In this document: one piece after another, positions 1 to 9,768 of the stretch
Numbering within the stretch: position 1 is the stretch's first letter
Layout of the letters: each line of letters opens with the position of its first letter
Source of the DNA: an uncultured Gaiellales bacterium
Lineage (GTDB): Bacteria; Actinomycetota; Thermoleophilia; Gaiellales; Gaiellaceae
DNA length: 64,000 bases
Assembly (NCBI GenBank): GCA_964591295.1
Contig: CAZQAG010000005.1
Location: forward strand, 8,400 to 72,399
Direction of reading: 5' to 3'
Translations under genes and position numbers: made by a program
The notes under the pieces: generated by a model
The model's database searches: none
Told to the model about the DNA's origin: nothing
Seen by the model: only the letters and a program-made list of their open reading frames with translations

Positions 1-2
1 AG

Positions 3-395
3 GTCCTCGCCCTCGACTACGGCTCTGCGCGCACCGGAGTAGCGGTCTCCGATCCGACGGGGACGGTTGCGCGCCCGGTCGGCGTCGTGGAGCGCGCCAG
101 GTCCGAGGACGGGCTCGCGCGCCTCGTCGAGCTTGTCCGCGAGCACGAGGCCGAGCGCGTCATCGTCGGCCTGCCGCTGACCCTGGGCGGAGAGCACGGC
201 AAGCAGGCCGCCGAGACGGAGGCGTTCGTCACGCTTCTGCGCGATGCGATCGACGTTCCGATCGAGAGCTTCGACGAGCGTTTCACGACCGACCTCGCCG
301 AGCAGGGCGGGGGAGGCAGCCATCCCACCGATGCCCGTGCCGCTGCGCATCTCCTCTCGAGTTATCTGACGTGGTCGAGCCGCGCGTCCCCGTGA
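3..395 (+). CDS. ruvX: Holliday-junction resolvase-like nuclease RuvX/YqgF (5' end outside window)
   Basis: The frame is open to the window edge. Translation VLALDYGSARTGVAVSD...ERVIVGLPLTLGGEHG matches the YqgF/RuvX pattern, and mltG follows as in many bacteria. Confidence 0.85.
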   Translation, partial: VLALDYGSARTGVAVSDPTGTVARPVGVVERARSEDGLARLVELVREHEAERVIVGLPLTLGGEHGKQAAETEAFVTLLRDAIDVPIESFDERFTTDLAEQGGGGSHPTDARAAAHLLSSYLTWSSRASP

Positions 396-1303
396 GCTCA
401 TCGGAGCCGCCGCGCCGGCGGCCGCGTCCTTCGAAGAGCCAGATTGCGACGAGGCGGGCGATCGCACTCGTCCTGCTCGCGGGCGGGCTCGGTCTGGCCG
501 TCTGGCTCGTGACGGTCGGCGTCGGGGGCATCAGCGCCAGCGACGAGAAGAAGACTGCGCCCACGGTCCCGGTCGCGCCGCCCGCGCTGAAGATCATCTT
601 CCCCGAGGGCTTCACCCGCGCTCAGATGGCCGAGCGGATTCGCGCGGTGAACGAGATCGCAAGGGAGAAGCGCAAGATCAATCCCCGGCTCTCGGCGCAG
701 GCCTACCTCAGCGCAACTGCAAACTCCCTGACACCCGGTAAGTTCGCCCGCGACGGGAAGCGGCGGGCGCTGGAAGGCTTCCTCTTCCCGGCGACTTACG
801 AGTTCGAGCCGCGGACGACGTCCCGGCAACTCGTCACGCGGCAGCTCGACTCTTTTCGAGCCAACTGGTCGAAGGTGGATCTCGCCTACGCGGCGTCGCG
901 GAACCTCACCCCGTATGACGTCCTGATCATCGCCTCGATGATCGAGAAAGAGGTGATCGCGCCCGACGAGCGCGCCCTGGTCTCGGCGGTGATCTACAAC
1001 CGTCTCAAGGCTGGAATGGTGCTGGGCATCGATGCCACGACTCGCTACGGCTTCAACGTGCCGCCGACAGAGTCGCTCACGAATTCACAGCTGGAGAGCT
1101 TTCACCCCTACAACACTCGTCGGGTCGCGGGCCTGCCGCCGACTCCGATTGCCAACCCGGGCCTCGCGTCGATGCAGGCGGCGGCGCACCCCGCCAAGAC
1201 GGACTACCTCTTCTTCGTGCGCAAGCCGGACAAGGTCCACCACTTCTTCACGGCAAGCGAGAGCGAGTTCGAGAACTACAAGAACGCGCACGGCTACGGA
1301 TGA
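371..1303 (+). CDS. mltG: Endolytic murein transglycosylase MltG (YceG-like)
   Basis: 310 aa with an N-terminal TM segment (LVLLAGGLGLAVWLV). YceG-like motifs are present: FPEGF, LEGFLFPATYEF, ASMIEKE, VIYNRL. An alternative in-frame GTG start lies at 392. Confidence 0.85.
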   Translation: MVEPRVPVSSSEPPRRRPRPSKSQIATRRAIALVLLAGGLGLAVWLVTVGVGGISASDEKKTAPTVPVAPPALKIIFPEGFTRAQMAERIRAVNEIAREKRKINPRLSAQAYLSATANSLTPGKFARDGKRRALEGFLFPATYEFEPRTTSRQLVTRQLDSFRANWSKVDLAYAASRNLTPYDVLIIASMIEKEVIAPDERALVSAVIYNRLKAGMVLGIDATTRYGFNVPPTESLTNSQLESFHPYNTRRVAGLPPTPIANPGLASMQAAAHPAKTDYLFFVRKPDKVHHFFTASESEFENYKNAHGYG

Positions 1304-1983
1304 TCTCCGGCGCTACCCGGCTCGTCGGGCTGCTCGGCCACCCGGTCTCGGAGTCGCTCTCGCCGCGAATGCAGAACGCCGCCTTCGCGGCGCGAGGGCT
1401 CGACTGGGCCTACGTGCCCTGTGATGTTGCTCCGGAAGGTTTCGAGGCTGCGGTCCGCGGTCTCGCAGCGGCCGGCTTCGCGGGAGCGAACGTGACTACG
1501 CCGCACAAGGCTGCAGCCGCGGCGCTGGCCGAGACAGATCTCATATCCGTGAACACGCTCGTCTTCGAGGACGACCGGATCCTCGGTTATTCGACCGACG
1601 CCGCCGTGCTCGCCGACCTGTCGGCCGAGCGGCCGGCCGTGCTCGGCGACGGCGGAGCTGCGGCGGCATTCCGCGAAGCCTTGCCGCACGCGCGGAGCTT
1701 TTCTCGGCAGAGCGAGTGGCCACCCGAAGTGAGCGACGCGGACATCGTCGTCAACGCGACCTCGGAACGGGACGAGATCCTCGTTGACGTGGGCCTCGGG
1801 CACATGCTCATCGACCTCCCGTATCCGGAAACCGCAACGGCCCGAGCAGCCCGCGAGCAGGGAGCGGAGGTCGTTGGCGGCCTCGAGGTGCTCGTGGCCC
1901 AGGGGGCGGCCTCGTTCGAGCTGTGGACCGGCGTGCCGGCGCCCGTCGAGGTGATGCGGCGCGCCGTAGGCTTGTCGTCGTGA
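1300..1983 (+). CDS. aroE: Shikimate dehydrogenase (compact, 227 aa)
   Basis: Motifs LLGHPVSESLSPRMQNAAF and NVTTPHK are present, with TD at the substrate site. ATGA start overlaps the mltG stop. The gene lies inside an aro operon. Confidence 0.85.
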   Translation: MISGATRLVGLLGHPVSESLSPRMQNAAFAARGLDWAYVPCDVAPEGFEAAVRGLAAAGFAGANVTTPHKAAAAALAETDLISVNTLVFEDDRILGYSTDAAVLADLSAERPAVLGDGGAAAAFREALPHARSFSRQSEWPPEVSDADIVVNATSERDEILVDVGLGHMLIDLPYPETATARAAREQGAEVVGGLEVLVAQGAASFELWTGVPAPVEVMRRAVGLSS

Positions 1984-3050
1984 CCCTCGAGCTCACGACT
2001 GCCGGGGAGTCGCACGGCCCGGCGCTCGTCGCGATTCTCACCGGCCTGCCCGCCGGCCTCGTGCTCGAGCGGGAGCGGATCGACGCGGATCTCGCACGGC
2101 GCCAGCAGGGCTACGGGCGCAGCCCCCGGCAGCAGCTCGAGCAGGACCGGGTCGAGGTGCTTGCGGGGCTTCGTCACGGGCGAACGCTCGGGACACCGCT
2201 CGCGCTCGTAGTCTCGAACCGGGACCACGCGAACTGGGAGTGGGGGATGAGCCCCTGGCCGGTCGAGGGCGAGCCTGAAGGCAAGGGGACGAAGCCCGTG
2301 ACGCTGCCTCGGCCCGGACACGCGGATCTCGCAGGCGCCCTGAAGTACGGCCTCTCCGACACGCGGGACGCCCTCGAGCGGGCCAGCGCCCGGCAGACGG
2401 CGCTGACCGTGGCGGCCGGCGCGGTTGCCAAGGCACTGCTCGAGCCGATCGGCGTCGAGGTTGAGGGCTCGGTGCTCGAGATGGGAGACGTCGACGAGGC
2501 AAAGGCAGATCGAGACACCGTCGGCGGCCTCATCGAGGTGCGCGCTCGGGGAGTCCCACCCGGCCTTGGCTCGTATGCCACGAAAGAAGGCCGGCTCGAC
2601 GCGAGGCTCGCCGCAGCAGTGATGGGGATCCAGGCGGTGAAGGGAGTCGAGATCGGCGACGGTTTCGAGCTCGCCAAGAGGCGGGGCTCCGCGGCCCATG
2701 ACGAGATCTTCCGAGACGAGCGGGGTCTCTACCGCGAGACGAACCACGCCGGGGGGATCGAGGGCGGCGTCTCGAATGGCGAGGAGATCGTCGTTCGCGC
2801 GGCGATGAAGCCGCTCCCGACCCTGATGCGTCCGCTGCGCTCTGTCGACCTCGACACCGGTGAGCCCGCCGAAGCGCTCGTCGAGCGAAGCGACGTCGCG
2901 GCCGTCGAAGCGCTCTCCGTGGTCGCTGAGGCATCGGTCGCGTTCGAGCTGGCCCGGGCGGCTCGGGAGAAGTTCGGCGGCGACTCGCTGGCGGATTTCG
3001 CCGGGGCGCACAAGGCCTACCTGGAGCGCATCGATTGGCAGCCCCGCTAG
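1980..3050 (+). CDS. aroC: Chorismate synthase
   Basis: LELTTAGESHGPALVAILTGLPAGL, RPGHADL and MKPLPTL are typical of AroC. I chose the GTG at 1980 (GTGA overlap with the aroE stop). The upstream part of the tracked ORF from 1923 overlaps aroE. Confidence 0.9.
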   Translation: MTLELTTAGESHGPALVAILTGLPAGLVLERERIDADLARRQQGYGRSPRQQLEQDRVEVLAGLRHGRTLGTPLALVVSNRDHANWEWGMSPWPVEGEPEGKGTKPVTLPRPGHADLAGALKYGLSDTRDALERASARQTALTVAAGAVAKALLEPIGVEVEGSVLEMGDVDEAKADRDTVGGLIEVRARGVPPGLGSYATKEGRLDARLAAAVMGIQAVKGVEIGDGFELAKRRGSAAHDEIFRDERGLYRETNHAGGIEGGVSNGEEIVVRAAMKPLPTLMRPLRSVDLDTGEPAEALVERSDVAAVEALSVVAEASVAFELARAAREKFGGDSLADFAGAHKAYLERIDWQPR

Positions 3051-4459
3051 ACCGGCACCTCGCTCTGATCGGTTTCATGGGCGCCGGCAAGTCGAAGCTC
3101 GGCGCGGAGCTGGCGCTGCGCCTGGGCAGGCCGTTCGTCGATCTCGACCGTGAGATCGAGAGAGCGAGCGGCCGAACGATTCCCGATCTCTTCGTCGCCG
3201 GCGGGGAGCCGGCCTTTCGGGTAGTCGAGGCCGAAGCCGCCCGCCGCGAGCTCCGGCGCGACGAGCCGGCGGTGATCGCGCTCGGTGGGGGAGCCGTCGA
3301 GACGGACGCGATCGTGAGCGATCTGCGCGCCCGGGCCGTCAGTGTCCTCCTCGAGATCGACGCTGACGAGGCCTGGCGCAGGATCGGAAGAAGCGGAAGG
3401 CCGCTCGCGGCGGACGAAGGCTCGTTCCGCGCTCTCCACGAACGCCGAGCGCCGATCTACCGCGAGGTCGCAGACGCGGTCGCCGGCGACTCCGACGATG
3501 CGGTTCTCGCGGCTGGGGGAGTGCGAGTGGAGCTCGGTGGGATCGAGCGGCTCGGATCGGGGCTGGGTGAGGGGCCTGTCGCTCTCGTCACCGACGCGCA
3601 CGTCGCCGACATCCACGGGCCGGTCGCCCAACTGGCGCTCGGCTCACGGCTCTCAGGGACCCACGAGCTCCCCGCCGGCGAGGAAGCGAAGACGCTCGAG
3701 GCCGTCGAACGGCTCTGGCGTGGACTGCGCCTTCCCCGCGCGGGCACTCTCGTCGCGCTCGGCGGCGGCTCGGTCACGGACGCTGCTGGGTTCGCAGCCG
3801 CGACCTACCTGCGCGGCATTCCGTGGGTCTCCGTGCCGACCACCCTCGTCGGGCAGGTTGACGCGGGCATCGGCGGCAAGACCGCGATCGACCTCGCAGA
3901 GGGGAAGAACCTGGTCGGCGCCTTTCACTGGCCCTCCCAGACGGTCATCGACCCCGGACTGCTCGGGACGCTTCCACCCGAGGAGCGCTCCGAAGGCATG
4001 GCGGAGGTCGTCAAGACCGGCCTCCTCGCCGGCGAGTCGCTCTGGGAGCTCCCGGAGCGGGAGCTCGTCCGCCGCAGCGCGGCGTACAAGACCGCGATCT
4101 GCATCCGCGATCCGTACGACCAGTCCGAGCGGAAGGCGCTCAACCTCGGGCACACGTTCGCGCATGCGCTCGAGGCGGCATCCGACTATCGCCTGCGCCA
4201 CGGCGAGGCAGTCGCGCTCGGCTTGCTCGCGGCTCTTCGCCTCTCGGGCCTGCCCACAGACGTCGTCGAGGACGTCCTCTCACCGAAGCCGGCCCGCGTC
4301 GATCCCGAGCGCGCCTGGGCCGCGCTCGGCCGCGACAAGAAGACCGCGAACGGACGTCCCCGGCTCGTCCTGCTCGAGCGGCCGGGCGTGCCGCGCACCG
4401 ACGTCGAGCTGCCGGAGGCCGACATCCGCGCGGCGCTCGACTCGCTGATCGCGGACTAG
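3035..4459 (+). CDS. aroKB: Bifunctional shikimate kinase / 3-dehydroquinate synthase
   Basis: The N-terminus has a P-loop (LIGFMGAGKSKLG) and DLD, as in shikimate kinase. The C-terminus has GGGSVTDAAGFAAATYLRGIPWVSVPTTLVGQVDAGIGGKTAIDL and HTFAHALE, as in DHQ synthase. This is a single uninterrupted ORF with a TTG start. Confidence 0.9.
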   Translation: MAAPLDRHLALIGFMGAGKSKLGAELALRLGRPFVDLDREIERASGRTIPDLFVAGGEPAFRVVEAEAARRELRRDEPAVIALGGGAVETDAIVSDLRARAVSVLLEIDADEAWRRIGRSGRPLAADEGSFRALHERRAPIYREVADAVAGDSDDAVLAAGGVRVELGGIERLGSGLGEGPVALVTDAHVADIHGPVAQLALGSRLSGTHELPAGEEAKTLEAVERLWRGLRLPRAGTLVALGGGSVTDAAGFAAATYLRGIPWVSVPTTLVGQVDAGIGGKTAIDLAEGKNLVGAFHWPSQTVIDPGLLGTLPPEERSEGMAEVVKTGLLAGESLWELPERELVRRSAAYKTAICIRDPYDQSERKALNLGHTFAHALEAASDYRLRHGEAVALGLLAALRLSGLPTDVVEDVLSPKPARVDPERAWAALGRDKKTANGRPRLVLLERPGVPRTDVELPEADIRAALDSLIAD

Positions 4460-4469
4460 AGTGATCCGC

Positions 4470-4898
4470 ATGCGCGTCGACGTCCTGAACGGCGTGAACC
4501 TCGACGTCCTCGAGCGCCGCGACCCGGCGCTCTACGGAGGGCTCTCCCTGCACGAGCTCGAGCAGCGGATCGAAGGCTGGGCGGCGGAGCTCGGTTGCAC
4601 GGTCCGCTGCCGTCAGACCAACAGCGAGGGCGAGTACGTCGGCTGGTGCCACGAGGCGCTCGACTGGGCCGAGGGCGTGATCGCGAACCCCGGAGCCTGG
4701 ACCCATTACAGCTACGCGATCCGTGACGCCCTCGAGCTGTTCCCGGGACCGCTCGTCGAGGTCCACCTCTCGAACCCGGAGGAGCGAGAGGAATGGCGCC
4801 GGACCTCTGTCATCGCCGACCTCGCCGCCGAGCGGGTGCTCGGACGCGGGCCGGAGGGCTACCGGGACGCGCTCTCCTTCCTAGCGGAGGCCTCGTGA
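4470..4898 (+). CDS. aroQ: Type II 3-dehydroquinate dehydratase
   Basis: MRVDVLNGVNLDVLERRDPALYG...RQTNSEGEYV...HLSNPEERE matches the AroQ pattern. An alternative GTG start lies at 4461. Confidence 0.9.
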   Translation: MRVDVLNGVNLDVLERRDPALYGGLSLHELEQRIEGWAAELGCTVRCRQTNSEGEYVGWCHEALDWAEGVIANPGAWTHYSYAIRDALELFPGPLVEVHLSNPEEREEWRRTSVIADLAAERVLGRGPEGYRDALSFLAEAS

Positions 4899-5935
4899 AC
4901 GACCGCGTCGAACGGCTCCGCACCAAGCTCGAGGAGCCGCTGCTCGTCTCCGACCCGGCGAACATCCGCTACCTCTCGGGCCTCGTGAGCTCGAACGCGG
5001 CATTGCTCGTCGAGCCCGACCGCGTCCAGCTCTATACGGACTACCGGTATGCCGAGAGTGCCCAAGCGGTCGAGGGCGCCGAGTTCGTCGAGGCGAAGCG
5101 CGACCTCTACCAGACCCTCTCGGAGCTGCTCTCCGGCCGCATCGGCTTCGAGGGCACGTCGCTCACCTACGAGCGCTACGCGCGGCTGCACGCCGGAGGA
5201 GTCGACCCCGTTGCCCGGTACGGCCTCGTCGAAGAGCTGCGGGTTGTGAAGGATGAGGACGAGCTGGATTCGATCCGCAGGGCTGCGCAGATCGCGGACA
5301 TCGCTTTCGAGCGCTTCGTCGACGAAGCGGATTTCATCGGCGCAGCGGAGGCCGAGCTCGCCTGGTTGATGGAGCAGTTCCTGCACGACGCAGGCGCCCA
5401 CGGCGTTTCGTTCTCCGTCCTCGTCGCCTCGGGGCCCAACGCAGCCAAGCCCCACACGGTCCCCGGCGAGCGGCGCCTCGAGCGAGGCGAGACCGTGATC
5501 GTCGACTGGGGCTGCATGGTCGACGGCTACGCCTCCGACTGCACGCGCACGCTTGCCACCGGCCCTCTACCGGATGAGCTGAAGCGCGCCTACGAGGTCT
5601 GTCTCGGCGCGCAGCTGGCGGGCCTCGAGGCGGTACGTCCTGGAGCGTCCGGGCCTGGAGTCGACGCGGCCGCGCGCGACCGGATCGACGCAGCCGGCTT
5701 CGGCGAGGCGTTCGGGCACGGGCTCGGCCACGGTGTCGGACTGCTCGTGCACGAGGACCCGCGCCTGGCTCAGGAGTCCCGTCACACGCTCGCGGTTGGC
5801 AACGTCGTCACGGTCGAGCCGGGCATCTACCTCTCCGGTCTGGGCGGGATCAGGATCGAGGACCTCGTCGTCGTCCAGGACGGCGAGCCGGAGATCCTGA
5901 CGACGTTCACCAAGGATCTGCTCACCGTCGACTAG
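4895..5935 (+). CDS. Xaa-Pro aminopeptidase (M24B family)
   Basis: The creatinase-like N-terminus is followed by M24 metal-ligand motifs (VIVDWGCMVDGYASDCTRT, HGLGHGVGLLVHE, VTVEPGIY, IRIEDLV). The GTG at 4895 overlaps the aroQ stop. The upstream part of the tracked ORF overlaps aroQ. Confidence 0.85.
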   Translation: MNDRVERLRTKLEEPLLVSDPANIRYLSGLVSSNAALLVEPDRVQLYTDYRYAESAQAVEGAEFVEAKRDLYQTLSELLSGRIGFEGTSLTYERYARLHAGGVDPVARYGLVEELRVVKDEDELDSIRRAAQIADIAFERFVDEADFIGAAEAELAWLMEQFLHDAGAHGVSFSVLVASGPNAAKPHTVPGERRLERGETVIVDWGCMVDGYASDCTRTLATGPLPDELKRAYEVCLGAQLAGLEAVRPGASGPGVDAAARDRIDAAGFGEAFGHGLGHGVGLLVHEDPRLAQESRHTLAVGNVVTVEPGIYLSGLGGIRIEDLVVVQDGEPEILTTFTKDLLTVD

Positions 5936-5944
5936 ATTTCGGGC

Positions 5945-6511
5945 ATGGCCGAGACGGTTGGAACAAATCAGTTCAAGAACGGCATGCACATCGAGATCGA
6001 GGGTGGCGTCTGGCGCATCGTCGACTTCCAGCATGTGAAGCCCGGGAAGGGCGGCGCGTTCGTGCGGACCAAGGTGAAGAACATCGACACGGGCGCCGTG
6101 GTCGACAAGACCTTCAGGGCGGGCGAGAAGTTCCAGCGGATGCACACCGAGGTGAAGAACGCCCAGTACCTCTACGACTCCGGAGACGACGTCGTGTTCA
6201 TGGAGGACGAGACGTACGAGCAGTTCTCCCTGCCGCGGAAGACGGTCGCCGAGGATCTCCAGTTCATCCCTCCCTCGTCTCCGGTCCAGGTGCTGACCGT
6301 CGACGGGCGCCCATCGGGGCTGCAGCTTCCTTCTTCGGTCGAGCTGTCGGTCGCGGAGACCGAGCCCGGCGTGAAAGGTGACACGGTCTCGAACGTGACG
6401 AAGCCCGCGAAGCTCGAGACGGGCGCAGTCATCCAGGTGCCACTCTTCGTGGGCACGGGCGACCGCATCAAGGTCGACCCCCGCGAAGGCCGCTACATCT
6501 CGCGCGCTTAG
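5945..6511 (+). CDS. efp: Elongation factor P
   Basis: 188 aa. [39 protein letters not shown] is the canonical EF-P N-terminus. Confidence 0.95.
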   Translation: MAETVGTNQFKNGMHIEIEGGVWRIVDFQHVKPGKGGAFVRTKVKNIDTGAVVDKTFRAGEKFQRMHTEVKNAQYLYDSGDDVVFMEDETYEQFSLPRKTVAEDLQFIPPSSPVQVLTVDGRPSGLQLPSSVELSVAETEPGVKGDTVSNVTKPAKLETGAVIQVPLFVGTGDRIKVDPREGRYISRA

Positions 6512-6608
6512 GCATCGCTTACGATGCCGCTTGGAGGCTAGGCCGGCTTTTGCCGGCGTGGCCGTTCTTCCGCAGCGCAGGCAGGGGCGGCGCGTTACCC
6601 TCTTTTCT

Positions 6609-8408
6609 GTGCCCGCGCTAGTCGACACGACGATTCGCCTGCTCAGCCAGGAGCCGCTGGCCGGGCGCATGCCGACGGCGGACCTCCTGAAGCTCGCCGA
6701 GCTACTCGACGGGGTCGGGTTCGCCTCCCTCGAGGTCTCCGGCGGGGGTGTCTTCGACAGTGCCGTGCAACGCGGAGTGGAGAGCCCGTGGGAGCGGATC
6801 CGGGCCCTCAAGGCGCGGACGAAGACGCCGCTCGGGATGGCGCTTCGTGGCCGCTTCCTCGTCGGCTCGCGCCCCGTGGGGGGCGACTTCGCGCGCAGGT
6901 TCGTTGCGAGCGCGGCGGAGAACGGCATCGACGTCTTCCGCCTGCACGACCCCTTGAACGACGTCGAGAACCTTCGCGAAGCAGGCGAGGCGATCACGGC
7001 GGCCGACCGCGAGTTCGACGCGGGCCTCGTTTACAGCCCCGGGCAGAGCGGCGAGGCGAAGCAGATGCTCGAGCAGGCGAAGAAGCTGCCGGACCTCGGT
7101 GCCGCGCGAATCCTGCTCCACGATCCATCCGGGGCCCTGGAGCCTCCGCGGGCGCACGAGCTGGTCGCGGCGCTCGCCGAGGGAAGCGGATTGCCCGTCG
7201 GCATCTTTTGCCAGGGCGCTGCCGGGAGCGGGCTCGCGGCAGCTCTCGAGGCTGCGCGGGCCGGCGCTGACCGGATCGCGTGCGCCGTCTATCCGATCGC
7301 GCTCACGCTGCACCGCGTCTCCGGCGAGGGCCTCGCGAGCGCGCTCAAGGGCCTGAACCTCGACAGCGGGGTCAACATCGAGACCCTCTGGCAGGCGGCC
7401 GAGATCGTGGACGAGTTCATCGGCGAAGATCCCGTGACGCCGCTCGCGCCGCGGATCGCCGTGCGCGCGGCGCAGCACGAGCTACCGGCCGGGCTCGTGG
7501 CTGCGATCGACACCAGGCTGCGTGCCCACACCGCTTCCGACCGTCTCGATGACGTCCTCGACGAGCTCGCGGTGATCCGCAAAGAGGCTGGATCGCCACC
7601 TGTCGCCGCTCCGATCGGGCAGATCCTCGCCTCGCAGGCGATCGTTCACGTGCTCTCGGCAGAGCGCTATCAAACCGTCGTCGACGAGCTTCGCGCGCTT
7701 CTCGACGGCGGCTTCGGCAAGCCGCCGGGGAAGATCGACTCGACCGTCCAGCGCGCCGTCGCGCTCGTTACCGAGGCCACGCCTGCGGACGAGCCGGCGG
7801 TCAATTTGGACGAGGTCCGCGAGGACGCCGCCGGGCTCGCCGCGAGCGAGGAGGAGCTCCTTCTGCTGGCGCTCTTCGGCGACGAGGCTGAGCCACTCCT
7901 GGAGGCGATCCGGGACCGGTCGAGCGGCGACGACACGCTGCTCGGTGGGGACGTCGACCAGTCGCGAGCCGAGCGGATCCGGGAGGTCGTGCGCATCGTC
8001 CAGGAGACCGGGGTTGCCGAGATCTCGGTCGAGGAGGAAGGAACGCGAGTCACGGTCAGGCGCACCGACGAGCCCGTGCCGGGGCAGGCGGCCGCGCCTC
8101 CCGCTCCCGGCGAGCCCGCTGCGGCACCAGCCGCCACCGACGGCGCGATCCGCATCGAGGCGCCGATGGTGGGCACGTTCTATCGAGCGCCGCAACCAGG
8201 CGCTCCGCCCTTTGTTGAGGAAGGCGACGGCGTCTCGCCCGGCCAGACGCTTTGCATCCTCGAGGCGATGAAGCTGATGAACGAGGTGAAGGCCGACATC
8301 GAGGGCGTCGTTCGCGCGATCCACGTCCAGAACGGCCAACCTGTCGAGTTCGGACAGCCGCTGTTCGACCTCGAACCGGCGCTCGCCCAACCGCTCGACG
8401 CTCTCTGA
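6609..8408 (+). CDS. Biotin carboxyl carrier protein with a large N-terminal OadA/PycB-like (HMGL-like + PYC_OADA) carboxyltransferase-type domain, apparently degenerate
   Basis: The N-terminal ~450 aa resemble oxaloacetate decarboxylase alpha ([62 protein letters not shown]). The C-terminus carries an AccB-type biotinyl motif ([12 protein letters not shown]). The gene sits between efp and accC. The start is uncertain: GTG at 6609, while the tracked ORF starts at 6531. Confidence 0.8.
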   Translation: MPALVDTTIRLLSQEPLAGRMPTADLLKLAELLDGVGFASLEVSGGGVFDSAVQRGVESPWERIRALKARTKTPLGMALRGRFLVGSRPVGGDFARRFVASAAENGIDVFRLHDPLNDVENLREAGEAITAADREFDAGLVYSPGQSGEAKQMLEQAKKLPDLGAARILLHDPSGALEPPRAHELVAALAEGSGLPVGIFCQGAAGSGLAAALEAARAGADRIACAVYPIALTLHRVSGEGLASALKGLNLDSGVNIETLWQAAEIVDEFIGEDPVTPLAPRIAVRAAQHELPAGLVAAIDTRLRAHTASDRLDDVLDELAVIRKEAGSPPVAAPIGQILASQAIVHVLSAERYQTVVDELRALLDGGFGKPPGKIDSTVQRAVALVTEATPADEPAVNLDEVREDAAGLAASEEELLLLALFGDEAEPLLEAIRDRSSGDDTLLGGDVDQSRAERIREVVRIVQETGVAEISVEEEGTRVTVRRTDEPVPGQAAAPPAPGEPAAAPAATDGAIRIEAPMVGTFYRAPQPGAPPFVEEGDGVSPGQTLCILEAMKLMNEVKADIEGVVRAIHVQNGQPVEFGQPLFDLEPALAQPLDAL

Positions 8409-8412
8409 GCCC

Positions 8413-9768
8413 ATGTTCTCGCGAGTACTGATCGCAAACCGCGGCGAGGTCGCCGTCCGGGTCATCCGCGCGCTCCACGAGCTCGGCGTCGAGGCCGTCG
8501 CCGTCTACTCGACGGCCGACGAGGGAGCGCTCCACACACGGCTCGCCGACCAGGCCGTGTGCGTCGGGCCGCCGCCCGCCGCCGAGAGCTACCTGAAGAT
8601 CCCTTCGATCATCGCGGCCGCGACGACGACACGATGTGACGCGGTTCACCCGGGCTGGGGCTTCCTGGCCGAGAAGCCGGCCTTCGTCGAGGCATGCCTC
8701 GACAACGAGCTCACGTTCGTCGGACCGTCCGCAGCGACGATGGCGCGGATGGGCGACAAGGCTGTCGCCAAGCACGAGCTCGCGGCGGCGGGCATCCCCG
8801 TCGTGCCCGGAACCGATGGCGCGACGACGCTCGACGACGCCGGCGCAGCGGCTGAAGAGGCGGGCTATCCCGTCCTCCTGAAGGCGGTGGCCGGCGGCGG
8901 CGGCAAGGGAATGCGGCTCGTCGAGGGCCCTGACGAGCTCGAAGGAGCGTTCCAGACTGCCGCGACCGAGGCTGAGGCCGCTTTTGGCGACGCAGGCCTC
9001 TACCTGGAGAAGGCGATCGTCCCGGCGCGGCACGTCGAGATCCAGGTGCTCGCCGACGCAGCCGGCGGCGTGCTCACGCTCGGAGAGCGGGAGTGCTCGA
9101 TCCAGAGGCGGTATCAGAAGCTGATCGAGGAGTCGCCGTCGCCCGCGCTCACGCCCGAGACGCGCGAGCAGATGGAGGACGCAGCCGAGCGGGCGGCCCG
9201 CGCGATCGACTATCGCAACGCGGGGACGTTCGAGTTCCTGCTCGGGCCCGACGGCTCGTTCTTCTTCATCGAGCTGAACGCGCGCCTCCAGGTCGAGCAT
9301 CCCGTGAGCGAGCTCGTGACGGGGATCGACGTCGTCCGCGAGCAGCTACGGATTGCAGCGGGCGAGAGCCTGCCGGCTACGGGGCGGGCCGAGCGGAGAG
9401 GGCATGCGATCGAGGTGCGCATCAACGCAGAGGATCCGGCTCGGGGTTTCCTGCCCATGCCGGGTCGGATCGAGCGCTTCCGACCGCCGCTCGGGCCGGG
9501 CGTGCGCGTCGACACCCATATCGAGGACGGCGCCGTCGTCCCACCCAACTACGACTCGCTCCTCGCCAAGGTGATCGTGTGGGACACAGACCGGCCGGCC
9601 GCGATCGATCGCTGCCTGCGGGCGCTGGCGGAGCTGGAGGTCGTGGGCGTGCCCACGACAAAGGCCGCCGCGATGGACATCCTCCGCACAGAGGAGTTCG
9701 CGGGCGGACGCTACTCGACGAGCTTCCTCGAGGAGGCGGGCAAGCGTTTGCCCGCCCTGACCGGATGA
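8413..9768 (+). CDS. accC: Biotin carboxylase
   Basis: 451 aa. MFSRVLIANRGEVAVRVIRA, GYPVLLKAVAGGGGKGMR and FIELNARLQVEHPVSE form the ATP-grasp biotin carboxylase signature. Confidence 0.95.
   Translation: MFSRVLIANRGEVAVRVIRALHELGVEAVAVYSTADEGALHTRLADQAVCVGPPPAAESYLKIPSIIAAATTTRCDAVHPGWGFLAEKPAFVEACLDNELTFVGPSAATMARMGDKAVAKHELAAAGIPVVPGTDGATTLDDAGAAAEEAGYPVLLKAVAGGGGKGMRLVEGPDELEGAFQTAATEAEAAFGDAGLYLEKAIVPARHVEIQVLADAAGGVLTLGERECSIQRRYQKLIEESPSPALTPETREQMEDAAERAARAIDYRNAGTFEFLLGPDGSFFFIELNARLQVEHPVSELVTGIDVVREQLRIAAGESLPATGRAERRGHAIEVRINAEDPARGFLPMPGRIERFRPPLGPGVRVDTHIEDGAVVPPNYDSLLAKVIVWDTDRPAAIDRCLRALAELEVVGVPTTKAAAMDILRTEEFAGGRYSTSFLEEAGKRLPALTG

Noticed and set aside
1587-3011. Long antisense ORFs. 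This 474-aa one on the - strand is an example. Others are 5567..6997, 8056..9300, 17923..19728, 19725..21131, 21738..23009, 23979..25442, 25318..26724, 33048..35138, 57677..58933 and 61609..62889.
   Set aside because: They lie opposite genes with unambiguous conserved products. Their translations are Arg/Pro/Gly/Ala-rich and low in complexity, with no recognisable motifs. This is the usual open antisense frame of high-GC DNA.
6512-6560. Two short hairpins after efp (GCATCG-CTTA-CGATGC and GCCGGC-TTTT-GCCGGC) as a terminator.
   Set aside because: The stems are only 6 bp with no U-tract, and the next gene probably starts within 100 nt. The evidence is too weak to annotate.
9093-9764. Upstream extensions of tracked ORFs. 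Cases are 9093..10142 before nusB, 40630..40983 before the third GT, 42807..43130 before the CE4-like gene, 35789..35947 before wzy, 45575..45637 and 46020..46364 on the - strand, and 50477..50743 before degT.
   Set aside because: The extensions overlap well-supported upstream genes in another frame and are compositionally biased. Internal starts with stop/start coupling or SD sequences give products beginning at the conserved N-termini.
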